64,000 nt of DNA from Candidatus Latescibacterota bacterium (GCA_965248755.1 OZ252149.1:384001-448000), one strand, 5' to 3'; positions 8,770 through 20,500 are shown, counted from the first letter of the stretch. A program made the numbers and translations. The notes: generated by a model from the sequence alone, not told the origin.

Positions 8770-9516
8770 ATGAACAAGGATATAACACCCATACTTGAAG
8801 GATGGGACTACAAATCCGATCAAATATCCGTCAGAAAGATAAAGGGGAGCGACGGCAAAGAGAAGATACAGTTGCGCATCAGTATGGGACTCAGGCAGAT
8901 GGAGGTGTCGGGAAGACCTGACGGACGGAGGCCATACGGCAAGGAGTCCCTCTTGGAATATTATCTTTCCTCCATCGAACAGTATAGAGCCAAATATGGA
9001 ACAGAAGAGGGATTCGGACTGGATAGCAACGATTGCGCCAAACTCCAGTGTGAAGCCATACAATACTACTACAGATACCTGAGCTTACTCGGTCTTGAGG
9101 AATACGAAGGCGTAGAAAGAGACACACAAAGAAACTTGAAGGTCTTCGACTTTGTAAAAAAATACGCCGTTAATAAGGACGACAAATGGGAGTTTCAACA
9201 ATACAGGCCCTACGTAATAATGATGAACACCAAAGCTAAGGGCTCCATCCGCCTTCAGAAAAAGGATTACAAGCAAGCAATGCAAACCATAGAAAACGGA
9301 ATACTAGAGATTGAATGCTTCTTCAGAGAATACAAGAAAGAGGATGAAATTGAAACAAGCTGGGAGATAGCCTTTCTGAAAAACTGGGCAGAAGACGTGC
9401 AATGCACGAGGCCGCAGAGTCCAAAAGCAGATCTTGAAGAACAGCTCAAACACGCCGTGGCCAATCAAGAATTTGAAAGAGCCGCCCAAATAAGAGATAA
9501 AATAAGAAAGATGTGA
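8770..9516 (+). CDS. UvrB/UvrC motif-containing protein
   Basis: C-terminal LEEQLKHAVANQEFERAAQIRDKI UVR motif; N-terminal IQLRI.MGL.QME..GRPDG.RP. Confidence 0.8.
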   Translation: MNKDITPILEGWDYKSDQISVRKIKGSDGKEKIQLRISMGLRQMEVSGRPDGRRPYGKESLLEYYLSSIEQYRAKYGTEEGFGLDSNDCAKLQCEAIQYYYRYLSLLGLEEYEGVERDTQRNLKVFDFVKKYAVNKDDKWEFQQYRPYVIMMNTKAKGSIRLQKKDYKQAMQTIENGILEIECFFREYKKEDEIETSWEIAFLKNWAEDVQCTRPQSPKADLEEQLKHAVANQEFERAAQIRDKIRKM

Positions 9517-9589
9517 TAAGCACAAATTCAACTTTGCTTTAGTGCGAAGTTTTGCTATTTTGCACGGAGAAATACGATCTATCGATATT

Positions 9590-9963
9590 ATGGACATCAC
9601 GGTCGATATGGGCGTTGTAAGACTCGCCGAGAAAGAAAGAATATTCCCCCAGTTGTTCGAGATCCTCGACGAAATAGATATTCCCTCCTTTCACGAATAT
9701 GTGCTTCCAGCCAACACTACTGTAGAGATCCACTACCACGACTTCGACCAATACTGGCTCTTTAGAGAGGGGACTCCCGAGGTCACACTCAGACACCCCG
9801 ATGGGACAAAGAAGGTCTATCAATTAGAGCCCGGAGAGCTCGTAGTCGCCGCCTATAGGGGATAGAGCACACGCTTCATGCCGATCATACGCTCAAATAC
9901 TGCCAGTTTTCGGGAATCAAACGCCCCGGAATCAGACCCGGTCATCTGGTCAGAGAAATGTGA
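9590..9963 (+). pseudogene. Cupin domain protein with 1-nt frameshift
   Basis: Motif 1 HYHDFDQYW is present. Motif 2 (RG-IEH) continues in another frame after GGGG at 9858-9861. Confidence 0.7.
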
Positions 9964-10216
9964 ACTGCCCATACGGATAGAGCCTTGAGATAAGAGACTG
10001 TCAGAATTCCTTTGATAGCGGTATCCTCACCAATTATCCACACATAAAGTGAAGGCACGGCGAGCCTGCCGCCTTCGGCGCGTCTCGACATCAGCGCTCC
10101 GGTGTGGGACTTCAAACCCCACCCCTGGGAGCTATCCGCCGCAAGCCCCAGATGACAGAATACCGTTATTTGTGAGTGGAGGCATTCCCCCAAACATTCT
10201 ACAACAGGAGATCCAA

Positions 10217-11263
10217 TTGCCTGTATTCAAGGTCGAAGAGTTAACCCAAATCACGGAACAGATAATCAGGGCGACAGGAGCGTCAAAGGAGACAGCCCGA
10301 GTAGTATCACGAGTCCTGGTAAACTCCAACCTTACAGGACACGATTCCCACGGAGTCATAAGGATCCCCCGGTACATCAAGTTCATAAAAGAGGGTGGCA
10401 TAATCCCACAGGCAGAGACACAGATAGACACAGAGACTCCGAGTACAGCCCTCTTAGACGGAAACTGGGGGTTTGGACATCCCACAGGTATTAAGGCGAT
10501 GGAGATCGCCGTCCAGAAAGCAAAAGAATGCTCAATCAGCGCAGTCGGAAGCTTCAACTCCAACCATGTTGGAAGGCTCGGCGAGTACACCCCTATCGCA
10601 TCAAAAGAAGGGATGATCGGGGTTATGATGGTCAACAACCACGGCGCCGGGCAATTTATGTCTCCCTGGGGCGGAAAAGAAAGGAGGCTTTCTCCGAATC
10701 CTATCAGCATATCCGTTCCCACAGTGGACAAGGGGCACATAACGCTGGACATAAGCTGCAGCGTCGTGGCTGAGGGCAAGATCATAGTTCAGAGGAACAG
10801 AAACGAACGCACTCCAAAGGGATGGATCATCGACTCAGAGGGCAATCCCACAACAGACCCAGAGGACTTCTACGGTCCTCCCCAGGGATCCGTTCTGCCC
10901 TTGGGGGACATAGCTGGACATAAGGGCTTCGGACTTGCCTTTATGATCGACATCCTGTCGGGAGCCCTCACGGGAGCCGGATGCAGTCAGGCTAATTCTC
11001 CCCTGAAAGGAGCAAACGGGATCTTTGCGATGGCCATAGATATATCCAGCTTCAAGCCCCTCGACTACTTCACAGAGCAGGTCCAGAGCCTAAAAGACTA
11101 CGTTAAGAGCTCCCGGCTTGCGCCCGGATTCGACGAAATACTCATCCCCGGAGAAAAAGGAGAGAGAGAACGCCAGAAGAGACAAGAAAAAGGCATTTTT
11201 GTGGAAGCTGATACCTGGAAGCAGATAAGAGAGGCAGCGGCATCGCTAGGTCTTGAAGTGTAA
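10217..11263 (+). CDS. Ldh_2 family (type 2 malate/L-lactate/sulfolactate) oxidoreductase
   Basis: GHDSHGV.RI, NHVGRLG, NPIS, GHKGFGL, ILIPGE motifs; AGGAG RBS before TTG 10217. Confidence 0.88.
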   Translation: MPVFKVEELTQITEQIIRATGASKETARVVSRVLVNSNLTGHDSHGVIRIPRYIKFIKEGGIIPQAETQIDTETPSTALLDGNWGFGHPTGIKAMEIAVQKAKECSISAVGSFNSNHVGRLGEYTPIASKEGMIGVMMVNNHGAGQFMSPWGGKERRLSPNPISISVPTVDKGHITLDISCSVVAEGKIIVQRNRNERTPKGWIIDSEGNPTTDPEDFYGPPQGSVLPLGDIAGHKGFGLAFMIDILSGALTGAGCSQANSPLKGANGIFAMAIDISSFKPLDYFTEQVQSLKDYVKSSRLAPGFDEILIPGEKGERERQKRQEKGIFVEADTWKQIREAAASLGLEV

Positions 11264-11685
11264 TAAAGAGCCCATAAAATAGCAGCAAAATGCTAATTCA
11301 CTGAAAGCTGAGATTTGGCACGTTCGATTTTGGAGCTTTTCGTTTCGACAATTGACCGTTGAACGGTGTTGGCACTCTTTTCACCACTTAAGGCGTGATA
11401 CGACCGAAAATAGGCCGAAAACAGCTCTTAAGCTCAAATACCTTTATTTGTATAGGATAAATGAATTAGAGTACGTGAGTCTGTACTGCATCTGGAAAGA
11501 GTATGATTGCTTGTTAGCAAAAACCGGCAGCTTCAAAAGCGGTATTCCGGTAGCGAACGCCATAGGTGGCTCAAAGCTCCCATGGCCCTTCACTACGATA
11601 AAATTGCCTCTACACCAAGCATGCAAATCCCCAGAAATTCAGTCTATTTCCCTATTTAATTAAATATGATTGTACGGAGAGTTAG

Positions 11686-13114
11686 ATGCTGAAAATATTG
11701 TTGATTACGCCCCCTATGCATTCGCTCTATCACGCCACCCGTGTCATCCTCCCACCCTTGGGATTACTCTACATTGCGAGCAAACTTGATGCAGATGGTC
11801 ACGAGGTCGAAGTGAGGGATATGACCTTCTTATGAGGGAACTGAATCGTACGACGGGTTCGACCTGGTGGGCATTACGTGCACCACGGCGCAGTATCCTT
11901 CGGTGCTTGAGTATGCCCGTAAAGCTCACGATGCTGGCTGCCGTGTATTGCTGGGTGGAACGCATGTGACCTTTACAACTCAGACGACCCTCAAGCTCGA
12001 CTTTGTCGATTTTGTTATCCGCGGCGAGGGAGAGCTTGCTGCTTCTGCTCTGGCGCGGGAACTTGCCAAAAAGGGCACGCGCTTCGATCCCGCAAAAGTA
12101 CCGAGCCTGTCGTGGTACGATAAAGAAGATGGCGTCGTGGTGGACAATCCGCAGCGTCCCGATATAGAGGCAGTCGATAATCTGCCGGGTCCGGCGCGTC
12201 ACCTTTTGAACATGGAACCTTATAAAGCCACGCGGCTGAGGGGGGTGCCGGTGACCAGTGTGATCACCAGCCGCGGTTGTCCGTACGCCTGCACGTTCTG
12301 TTCTGTGCCGACTTTGTATCAAAAGAGGAAATGGCGCTCGCGCGAGGCACAACTTTCAGTCGACGAGATGGAGCGATTGGTGGAAGAATTTGGATTTAAG
12401 GGCGTATTACTGGTCGACGACCTTTTAACAACGAATGTCAAGCGCATTCATGATCTCTGCGCAGAGATCATCGAACGCAAATTGCAGGTTTACTGGTGGT
12501 GCCAATCTCGAGCTGATATTCTGGTCAAACATCCTGACCTTGTGGAACACATGGCCAAGGCTGGCTGCTCCAATGTCTTTCTTGGAGTTGAATCGGGAAA
12601 TGAGCACGTTCTCAAGTACTGCAACAAAGCGATGAAACTCGATACAGGAATACTAGCGGTTGAGCTTTTGCGCCATCACGGCATCCGAGCGCTCACCTCG
12701 TTTATTATCGGTTTTATGTACGAGACCGAAGCGGACATCGATCGCACCATCGCGTACGCCAGGCAACTGGACGCCCATCAAGCTCAATTTTCTATTTTGA
12801 CGCCTTACCCCGGGACGGTGGACTGGGACAGAACTAAAGATCGTATCTTCGACGACAACTGGGCGAATGTTTCCGGAACCAACACAGTCTTTCATCGAGA
12901 TAGTGTACCGGCAGAACTCATCGAGGAGAAGATAAAGAAAGCGTACCTTTCGTTCTATAACCCCCTGAGACGTTTGGATCGGGTCGTAAAAGGCATCTCT
13001 GGCTTGAGCCTGAAAGGACTGTGGAACGTCTGGCAGACACTTGGGGTCGAAGATCAGGTACAAAACCTCGATCCCTGTCTCCAACTTGACCGCACTTGCC
13101 ACGCCGAATCGTGA
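11686..13114 (+). CDS. Cobalamin-dependent radical SAM enzyme; 1-nt frameshift near 11825-11833 (pseudogene or sequence error)
   Basis: MLKILLITPP...PPLGLLYIA from ATG 11686 stops at 11833. The body (GGTH, RGEGE, SRGCPYACTFC, GVESG, TPYPGT) continues in the +1 frame. Confidence 0.8.
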
Positions 13115-13185
13115 AGAATTCTTCAGCACACTGCAAGAAAGAGTGGAAAGAGACGACCCGGAATTAGATCCAGTCATCTGATCAG

Positions 13186-13242
13186 AGAGCCGAAGCCGTA
13201 ACTTAGAGCTGAAGCCGTAACTTAGAGCCGAAGCCGTAACTT
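13186..13242. repeat. 3 x 19-bp tandem repeat
   Basis: AGAGC(C/T)GAAGCCGTAACTT three times, between convergent radical SAM genes. Confidence 0.9.
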
Positions 13243-13254
13243 GTCAAGGCAAAG

Positions 13255-15036
13255 CTATAAAGTGGATCTCTTGGACTTACACGAAGCTATAACCTTCTGC
13301 GCCTCTTCTATAAAGCTATTGTAAACATCCTCCACCTGCCCCTGATAGTCGCCTTTGATCTTTCGGTATCGTTTCTTTGCCCCTTTAATTAGTTCCCTCC
13401 CGAATTCCCACATGTCAGCTGAAGACGTTTCGTATCCCTTTATCAACTGATCGTAACTCTTACTCAACTGTTTTAACGACTTATCCAGGTAGGAATTCAA
13501 CTCGTGCACGTCAGACGCCTGCTGAGTAATTGTAATCAAATGATGGCCGAAGATAGCGCTCCTGATAGCTGAAGGAAAATCCTTCAGATTGTATATACAG
13601 ACCTTAGCTAGAAACGACCAATATTGCCACTTGTAGTTCCCCCTAAGGCCCTGTCTATAGATAGAATTGAACAATCCTCTAATTTCAGTTTTCCCGACCG
13701 GAGGAATAACAATCGGTGCTCTTTCCTTAATCTTCAAATACTGCAGAGCGCGCTTGAAGTAAACTTTGGGGCTGTTTAGGGTCTCTACAATCTTCTTGTG
13801 ACGCCCCATTATCACGCTGGGATCTATCTGGTTGCCATCTCTGTCGTGAGGTATGTAGCTCAACTGGTCTGTAAAGATTCCCGAATTCCCCGTGTACAGC
13901 TTGTCGGTCAATCTACCTGCTCTATCATACCTTATATAGTCAGGTGTGCCCCTCATAACCCCTAAAGGCCCGACCATAGCTACTTCGATATTGACGCTGT
14001 TGATAAAATCGATCATTATTTCGGATATATCATCCGGATCGGTGTCGAAGCCGACTATAAAACCCGCCCAGACTTTAAAGTACCTCTTTTCGATCTCGAG
14101 GACCTTTTCAAGCATTGATTTCCCCTTGACCAGGTTCTTTTGAGCGCCCATAAATTTGAGACTTTCCGCCGACGGAGATTCCAATCCGATAAAGACGGAA
14201 TCGAATCCCGCCTGATACATGGCCTCCATCAAATCGGGATTATCGTACATTTTCAGGCTGGCTTGAGTATAAAAATGAAAGGGATAGCAGCGCTCTTTTT
14301 GCCAGGGGATGATTTTTTCTAACTTCATCAAAACTTCCTCCTGATTACCCACGAAATTATCGTCGGCGAACATAACAGATCCACGCCATCCCAACTCATA
14401 AAGATAGTCCATTTCTCGGATAACCAACTCCTCTGTCTTCAGCCGGGTCGTCCTTCCATAGAGTCCCGGGATGTCGCAAAAAGTACATTTTTCAGGACAG
14501 CCGCGGGTAAGCTGAATAATCATGCCAACATAATCGGATAAATCAAGTAGATCGTACCTCGGGAGTGGAACCTCCTCTAAACTTCGGAACTGGCCTTTCG
14601 TATCTATTACGCTCCTTTTGATCTCCCCAGGTGAGTACAACATCTCCTCCAGGGCATCGGCAAACCCATTTTCCGCCTCGCCTAAGAAAAAAGTAGCGTT
14701 GCCCTCTATCAAATCGTGGTACTGGGTCGGATAGGGTCCACCCAGCATGATCGGAGTTTCCAGACGATTACACCTCTGAATTATTCCCCTTACAGACTCT
14801 TTATGAATTATCATCGAAGAACATAAAACCGCGTCCGCTCCTTCAATCGCTTCGTCCGTGAGCGGTTCAACATTCATATCGATCAGTCTTGGATTATACC
14901 CTTCGGGCAGCAGCGCGGCCACCCCCAATAATCCTAACGGGGGCTGAGCCGCTTTTTTTCCCAGCAGCTTCAAAGATTCAGTAAAGCTCCAAAAGGTAAT
15001 AGGGTTTTCTGGATAGACCAACAGTATATTGGGCAT
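13255..15036 (-). CDS. Cobalamin-dependent radical SAM enzyme with DUF4070-like C-terminus (HpnP-like family)
   Basis: LLVYP...TFWSF...PPLGLL.VAALLP, GGPY, GEAE, RGCPEKCTFC, DDNF, GFIVGFDTD. Confidence 0.85.
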   Translation of the reverse strand: MPNILLVYPENPITFWSFTESLKLLGKKAAQPPLGLLGVAALLPEGYNPRLIDMNVEPLTDEAIEGADAVLCSSMIIHKESVRGIIQRCNRLETPIMLGGPYPTQYHDLIEGNATFFLGEAENGFADALEEMLYSPGEIKRSVIDTKGQFRSLEEVPLPRYDLLDLSDYVGMIIQLTRGCPEKCTFCDIPGLYGRTTRLKTEELVIREMDYLYELGWRGSVMFADDNFVGNQEEVLMKLEKIIPWQKERCYPFHFYTQASLKMYDNPDLMEAMYQAGFDSVFIGLESPSAESLKFMGAQKNLVKGKSMLEKVLEIEKRYFKVWAGFIVGFDTDPDDISEIMIDFINSVNIEVAMVGPLGVMRGTPDYIRYDRAGRLTDKLYTGNSGIFTDQLSYIPHDRDGNQIDPSVIMGRHKKIVETLNSPKVYFKRALQYLKIKERAPIVIPPVGKTEIRGLFNSIYRQGLRGNYKWQYWSFLAKVCIYNLKDFPSAIRSAIFGHHLITITQQASDVHELNSYLDKSLKQLSKSYDQLIKGYETSSADMWEFGRELIKGAKKRYRKIKGDYQGQVEDVYNSFIEEAQKVIASCKSKRSTL

Positions 15037-15225
15037 TTTTCTGCAATCCTTTATCTAAAATCCTTTAAAATACCTAAAAAAACCAAAGCATCTTGTTACT
15101 TGAAGGACAAAAGTATCGATACGCTGATTCTAAAGTTCGTAATATAACACTATGGCGATGCAAAGTCAAGCAAAAGTTTAAGAGCATAAGACACTAAATA
15201 TCAATCACTTTACTGTGCCACACCA

Positions 15226-15498
15226 TTCAACCCACATTCTGACCGAAAAGACGTGTAAAACGCCTGTTAAGTGAAAATGCTTTTGTTCTGTCTCTACAAA
15301 ATAATATAATTTGTATAATGTTAAGCTGCGCACAACAACTATCGATAGAGATAGAAAATGCCAATTTAACATTTATCAGAACCATTAGCAATTACCTCAA
15401 TTGTTCCAAACCGTTCAACCCACAATCTGACCGAAAAGACGTGTAAAACGCCTGTTAAGTGGAAATACTTTTGTTCTGTCTCTGTAAACAGATATAAT
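15226..15498 (+). promoter_or_regulatory. Duplicated ~85-bp promoter module (two copies, 188-bp period)
   Basis: TTCAACCCACA.TCTGACCGAAAAGACGTGTAAAACGCCTGTTAAGTG...TTTTGTTCTGTCTCT...TATAAT at 15226-15310 and 15414-15498. Confidence 0.75.
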
Positions 15499-15713
15499 TA
15501 CCACAAGTACACGCACCGATGGAAATAGCAACTATTAGCAGTGAAAGCTAACGAAGTTGAGCCTGATCAGTTTCATAAAAGTAGGGAAACCTTAAAAAGT
15601 AGGTAAAGAGACGTATTATTTTGACATATTAGCAGAAAAAGAGCAAGAAACGACAGTAGACAACCAACAGTAGACAACCAGTAGACAACCTTAATAGAGA
15701 AGAGAGGTGCAAT

Positions 15714-17489
15714 ATGGCGACCCAGCCAATCGTAAAGGGCGGACTTCTGGAGATCTCCTCAATCGAGGATGATATACGGCAGAAGCTCGAAGAGGAAAGA
15801 AAGCGGTTGATGGTGGAGGAAGGGATCGAAGAGAAGCATACACACCACTTCGAAAAGCCCATAGAAAACGCCTTCACCGCCGATCAAAGAGATCACACGA
15901 CTATCCTCTTCGGCGGGCTCACCTGGAAGCACGAACACCTGATTCACGGAGCATTAGAATCCCTTGGCTACAAGTGCAAAAGCGTTCCCACCCCCGATGT
16001 TGCGGCATTCCAACTCGGCAAGGAATACGGCAACAACGGACAGTGCAATCCCACATACTTCACAGTAGGCAACCTCGTCCAGTACCTCCAGAAGCTGGAG
16101 GAAGGGGGGATGGACAGGAAAGACATAATTGATAACCACGTCTTCTTCACCGCAGGGGCGTGCGGTCCATGCAGGTTCGGAATGTACGAAGCTGAATATA
16201 GACTCGCCCTTAGAAATTCAGGCTTCGACGGCTTCAGAGTCCTCCTCTTCTCGCAGTCCGGCGGACTCGACCAGGCGGAGGTCGAAGCCGGACTTGAGAT
16301 GAACCTCGACTTTTTCCTCGGAATACTCAACGCCCTTAACATGGGCGATCTAATAAATGAAGTGTGCTATGAGATTAGGCCCTACGAGGTGAACGAAGGG
16401 GAAACTGAAAGGGTCATGAAGGAGTGCATGGACGATATGCATGACGTAATAAAGAACAAAAAACCCTTACAGTTAGATGGCAAAATTGGGAGTTTTCTGA
16501 AAAAGTTCCCCAGCGTCTTCGACAAATCTCTATATCTAGGTAAATTTCTAGAGCAGCTATTCGGCGACAAATACACCAATGCCCTTGAAGAGGTCAGAGA
16601 TCGCCTCAATGAGATAGAAGTGGACCGCACCAGAGTCAAGCCTCTAGTCAAGATTACGGGCGAGTTTTGGGCGCAGACCACAGAGGGCGACGGCAACTTC
16701 AACATGTTCCACTTCCTGGAAAGAGAAAACGCTCAGGTGTTAGTAGAGCCCATCGGGACGTGGATTACATACATGATTCACCAGGCAAAGCAGGAGACAA
16801 CAGACAGAAGTGGCATAAAGGAAGGCGAAGAGCCTCCCGCTTGGTGGCAACTTGATAAGCGCTTCTCCAACGCTTTTGCCTACAGGAAAAAAATGGGAAG
16901 CCTCTCAATTGCAGAGAAGATTTTTAAGAGAGAATACGACAAGATTCGCGAAGCCTTGGGAGGTACAGCTCACGGGCTCACCGACCAGTACGAGCTCCAG
17001 AGGCTCGGGCACACCTTCTACAACTCCAGAGCAGGAGGCGGTGAAGGACACCTCGAGGTCGCCAAGAACATCTACTACAGCAACAAAGACCTCTGTCACA
17101 TGGTGCTCTCCATGAAGCCGTTCGGCTGCATGCCCAGCACTCAGAGCGATGGCGCGCAAGCCGCAGTTGTCTCCCAGTACAAGGACATGATCTACCTCCC
17201 TGTTGAGACGTCCGGTGAAGGCGAGATTAACGCCCACTCCAGAGTACAGATGGCACTCGGCGAGGCAAAAATCAAGGCCAAGAACGAGTTCAAAGAAGTC
17301 CTTGAAAAGACCGGGCTCACAGTAGCGGAGGTCAAAGACTACGTTGAAAGACACCCCGAACTCAAGCGGCCTATGTACCAGGTTCCTCATCAGAAAGGAT
17401 TCGTAAGCGTTGCATCTAACTTCGTGCTGCACATAAAAGAACGCATGGATGCAGAAGAAGGCAAAAAGGACGCAAAAAAAGCCGCATAG
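15714..17489 (+). CDS. 2-hydroxyacyl-CoA dehydratase/reductase-like Fe-S protein (PlsR-like)
   Basis: GQCNP, GACGPCRFG, ITGEF, GGEG, PFGCMP motifs. Confidence 0.8.
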   Translation: MATQPIVKGGLLEISSIEDDIRQKLEEERKRLMVEEGIEEKHTHHFEKPIENAFTADQRDHTTILFGGLTWKHEHLIHGALESLGYKCKSVPTPDVAAFQLGKEYGNNGQCNPTYFTVGNLVQYLQKLEEGGMDRKDIIDNHVFFTAGACGPCRFGMYEAEYRLALRNSGFDGFRVLLFSQSGGLDQAEVEAGLEMNLDFFLGILNALNMGDLINEVCYEIRPYEVNEGETERVMKECMDDMHDVIKNKKPLQLDGKIGSFLKKFPSVFDKSLYLGKFLEQLFGDKYTNALEEVRDRLNEIEVDRTRVKPLVKITGEFWAQTTEGDGNFNMFHFLERENAQVLVEPIGTWITYMIHQAKQETTDRSGIKEGEEPPAWWQLDKRFSNAFAYRKKMGSLSIAEKIFKREYDKIREALGGTAHGLTDQYELQRLGHTFYNSRAGGGEGHLEVAKNIYYSNKDLCHMVLSMKPFGCMPSTQSDGAQAAVVSQYKDMIYLPVETSGEGEINAHSRVQMALGEAKIKAKNEFKEVLEKTGLTVAEVKDYVERHPELKRPMYQVPHQKGFVSVASNFVLHIKERMDAEEGKKDAKKAA

Positions 17490-17502
17490 GGAGAACTTAC
17501 AG

Positions 17503-17537
17503 GAGGAGCCAGGGCGAAAACCCCGGTTCCTCCTCCT
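17503..17537 (+). terminator. Intergenic stem-loop
   Basis: GGAGGAGCCAGGG-CGAAAA-CCCCGGTTCCTCC with a weak U tail; attenuator or stabiliser. Confidence 0.45.
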
Positions 17538-17588
17538 TGAAACGAATGGCTATATTTAGCTATAAATGCCCACTAGGAGCGGATTTAT

Positions 17589-20500
17589 ATGAGCACGGAA
17601 AATAATATAGATAGCTTGTTGGTCGGACTGGACGTTGGCTCCACCACCGTAAAATTCATCGTAGTCCACCCGGACACAGACGAAATCCTCTTGAAGGACT
17701 ACCAGCGGCACGATACCAGACAGCCGGAAAAGGTGATGGAGTTCTTAACTCAAATAGAGGACGAGTTTGGACTCCCTACGGAGAAATACCGCATCTTTAT
17801 AACAGGGAGCGGCGGTAACGCGGTTGCGGACTACTTAGGTGCAAAGTTTGTCCAGGAAGTCAACGCTGTATCCCTGGCCGTCGAAAAGCTCCATCCTGAG
17901 GTAGGATCGGTCATAGAGCTTGGAGGTCAGGATGCCAAGATCATCATCTTCGTGGAGGACCCCGAGACCGGCAGAAAGAGGAAGATCCCCAGCATGAACG
18001 ACAAATGCGCAGGGGGAACAGGAGCAGTTATAGACAAGATCAACGCGAAACTGCGCATCCCCCCGGATGAGCTCTGCGACCAGGGATACTTCGGCATCAA
18101 GCTCCACCCTGTCGCAGGAAAGTGCGGCGTCTTTGCCGAGACAGACGTCAACAGCCATCAAAAATCGGGCGTTCCAAGAGATGAAATTATGGCGTCCCTC
18201 TTTGAAGCCATCATAGGACAAAACTTAAGCGTCTTAACAAGAGGAAACACACTAAGGCCAGAAGTTCTGCTCCTTGGTGGACCCAACACCTTCATAAGAG
18301 GTATGACCGAAGCATGGAAGTACAACATCCCCAAAGTCTGGGAGGAAAGAAACTATCCCCTGCCTGAAGGCGTAGACCCTCAAGACCTCATCAAAGTCCC
18401 CGAAAACGCCCAGTACTTCGCCGCCATAGGCGCAGTCGAATTCGGAAAAGGGGAGGAAGAAGAAATAGGTGTCTATAAAGGCACAGCTGACTTAGAGCAC
18501 TACATGAACGTCGGTCGGCTTGAGGAGAAGCAGAAGGCGGGAGGAAAGGGACTCGCCGAAACTCCCGATGAACTTGCGGCTTTCATGGAAAAATATAAGA
18601 CGAAAAAGTTCATCCCCGCCACCTTCTCCCCCGGACAGGTCGTCGAAGGCTGCATTGGAATCGACGGCGGATCTACCTCCACAAAGGCTGTCCTTTTGGA
18701 CAAGGACAGAAACGTCCTTGTCAAATCCTACCAGCTTTCAAAGGGAAATCCCATCGAGGACACCATAGAGGTCGTAGGAAAGGTACGAGAGCAGGTTGAG
18801 GAGCAGGGAGCGACGCTAAAGATCGTGGGAGTCGGCACAACAGGTTACGCAAAAGACGTCCTGAAAGATGCGGTCGCCGCAGACGTAGCGTTAGTCGAAA
18901 CAGTCGCACACACGGAAGCCGCCCTCAAGTTCTACGATAAAGTTGACGTCATCTGTGATGTAGGCGGACAGGACATCAAGATCATGATCCTCAAGAACCG
19001 CCAGGTCAAAGACTTCAAGCTCAACACACAATGCTCTGCAGGAAACGGATATTTTCTACAAGGTACTGCGGAAGGCTTCGGCTTTACCGTCGAGGAATTT
19101 GCCGATATAGCCTTCGGCGCGGAGTCCATGCCCATGTTCGGCTACGGTTGCGCAGTCTTCATGCAGTCCGACATAGTTGACTTCCAGAGACAGGGCTGGA
19201 AGCCCGAGGAGATAATGGCAGGGCTTGCCAACGTCCTCCCCAAAAACATCTGGCTCTACGTCTCACAGATACCCAATATAGCAAAGCTCGGAACCAACTT
19301 CGTCCTCCAGGGCGGCACACAGTACAACCTGGCTGCCGTAAAGGCACAGGTGGACTTCATAGAGGCCAGGTTCAAAGACCAGGAGGAAAAAGCCAGGATT
19401 ATCGTCCACGAGCACTGCGGAGAGAGCGGAGCAATAGGCTCGGCCATTGAAGCTGTAAGGCTGTGGGAGAACGGAAAAGAGACTTCATTTATCGGTCTGG
19501 ATGCTGTCGAAGCTATCACTTACCAGACCCACAGAGACGAGAACACCCGCTGTTTCTTCTGTAAGAACAAGTGCCTCAGGACATTCATAGACGTAAAGGT
19601 CAGCGACGAAGAGGTCTCAGACGCAGGATCCAAAAAGTCCAAGATACCCATAGAGACCGGCTTTAAGAGACTCATCGTCGGAAATAGCTGTGAAAAGGGA
19701 CTCGTCGAAGATATAGAGGACATGCGGGGCATCAAGGAGGGACTCGATGAAGCCAAAGCCCAAAACCCCAACCTCGTCGAGTTAGCCGCAAAAGAGGTCT
19801 GGAAAAGCTACAAACCCGAAATAGTGGCAGAGCCGATCCCAAAATACGCCTTCACAAAAAAGGCCAAAGAGAGCGTACAAAAGATAAAAAGCCGACAGGA
19901 GATCAGAATCGGCATACCCCGCCTTTTGAATATGTACTCCATGAATCCTCTCTTTAGCGCATACTTTGAGGCGATAGGAATCCCTCCAAGGAACCTCGTC
20001 TATTCGGATTTCACCACACAGGAACTATACAAAGAGGGAGCAAAGCGTGGCTCGATAGACCCCTGCTTCCCCAGTAAGGTAGCTATACCGCACGTCCATA
20101 ACCTCCTCTACGTCCATCACAAGAAGAAGCCGCTGGAATACATCTTCTTCCCCATGATAGACTCCATCCCGACCGATCTGGTCAACGTACAGAGCAGCAG
20201 AGCCTGTCCCACAATTACAGCCACACCCGAGGCGGTCAAAGCCGCATTCACCAAGGAGGGCGACCTCTTCAAAGAGATGGGAATCGAATACCTGGATACG
20301 TTTGTCACTATAGACGAACCTGAGCTCTTCCAGAAGCAAATGTTCGAGGAGTTCGGACCCAGGTTTGGACTCTCCAAAGAGGAGAACAGAAGAGCTGTCG
20401 AGGAGGGCTACAAGGCTTTAGACCACTTCAACAATGTAGTCCAGAGAGGCAAAGGAAGGGAAGTCCTCGATATGCTAAAAGCCGAAGACAAGCTCGGTAT

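Noticed and set aside
10049..10216. Long N-terminal extension of the Ldh2 gene
   Set aside because: Not family-like; AGGAG + TTG at 10217 is the better start.
11352..11663. 103-aa ORF upstream of the radical SAM gene
   Set aside because: No RBS or protein-like features; probably promoter or insertion-boundary DNA.
13186..13242. CRISPR array
   Set aside because: Repeats are contiguous with no spacers, and there are no cas genes.
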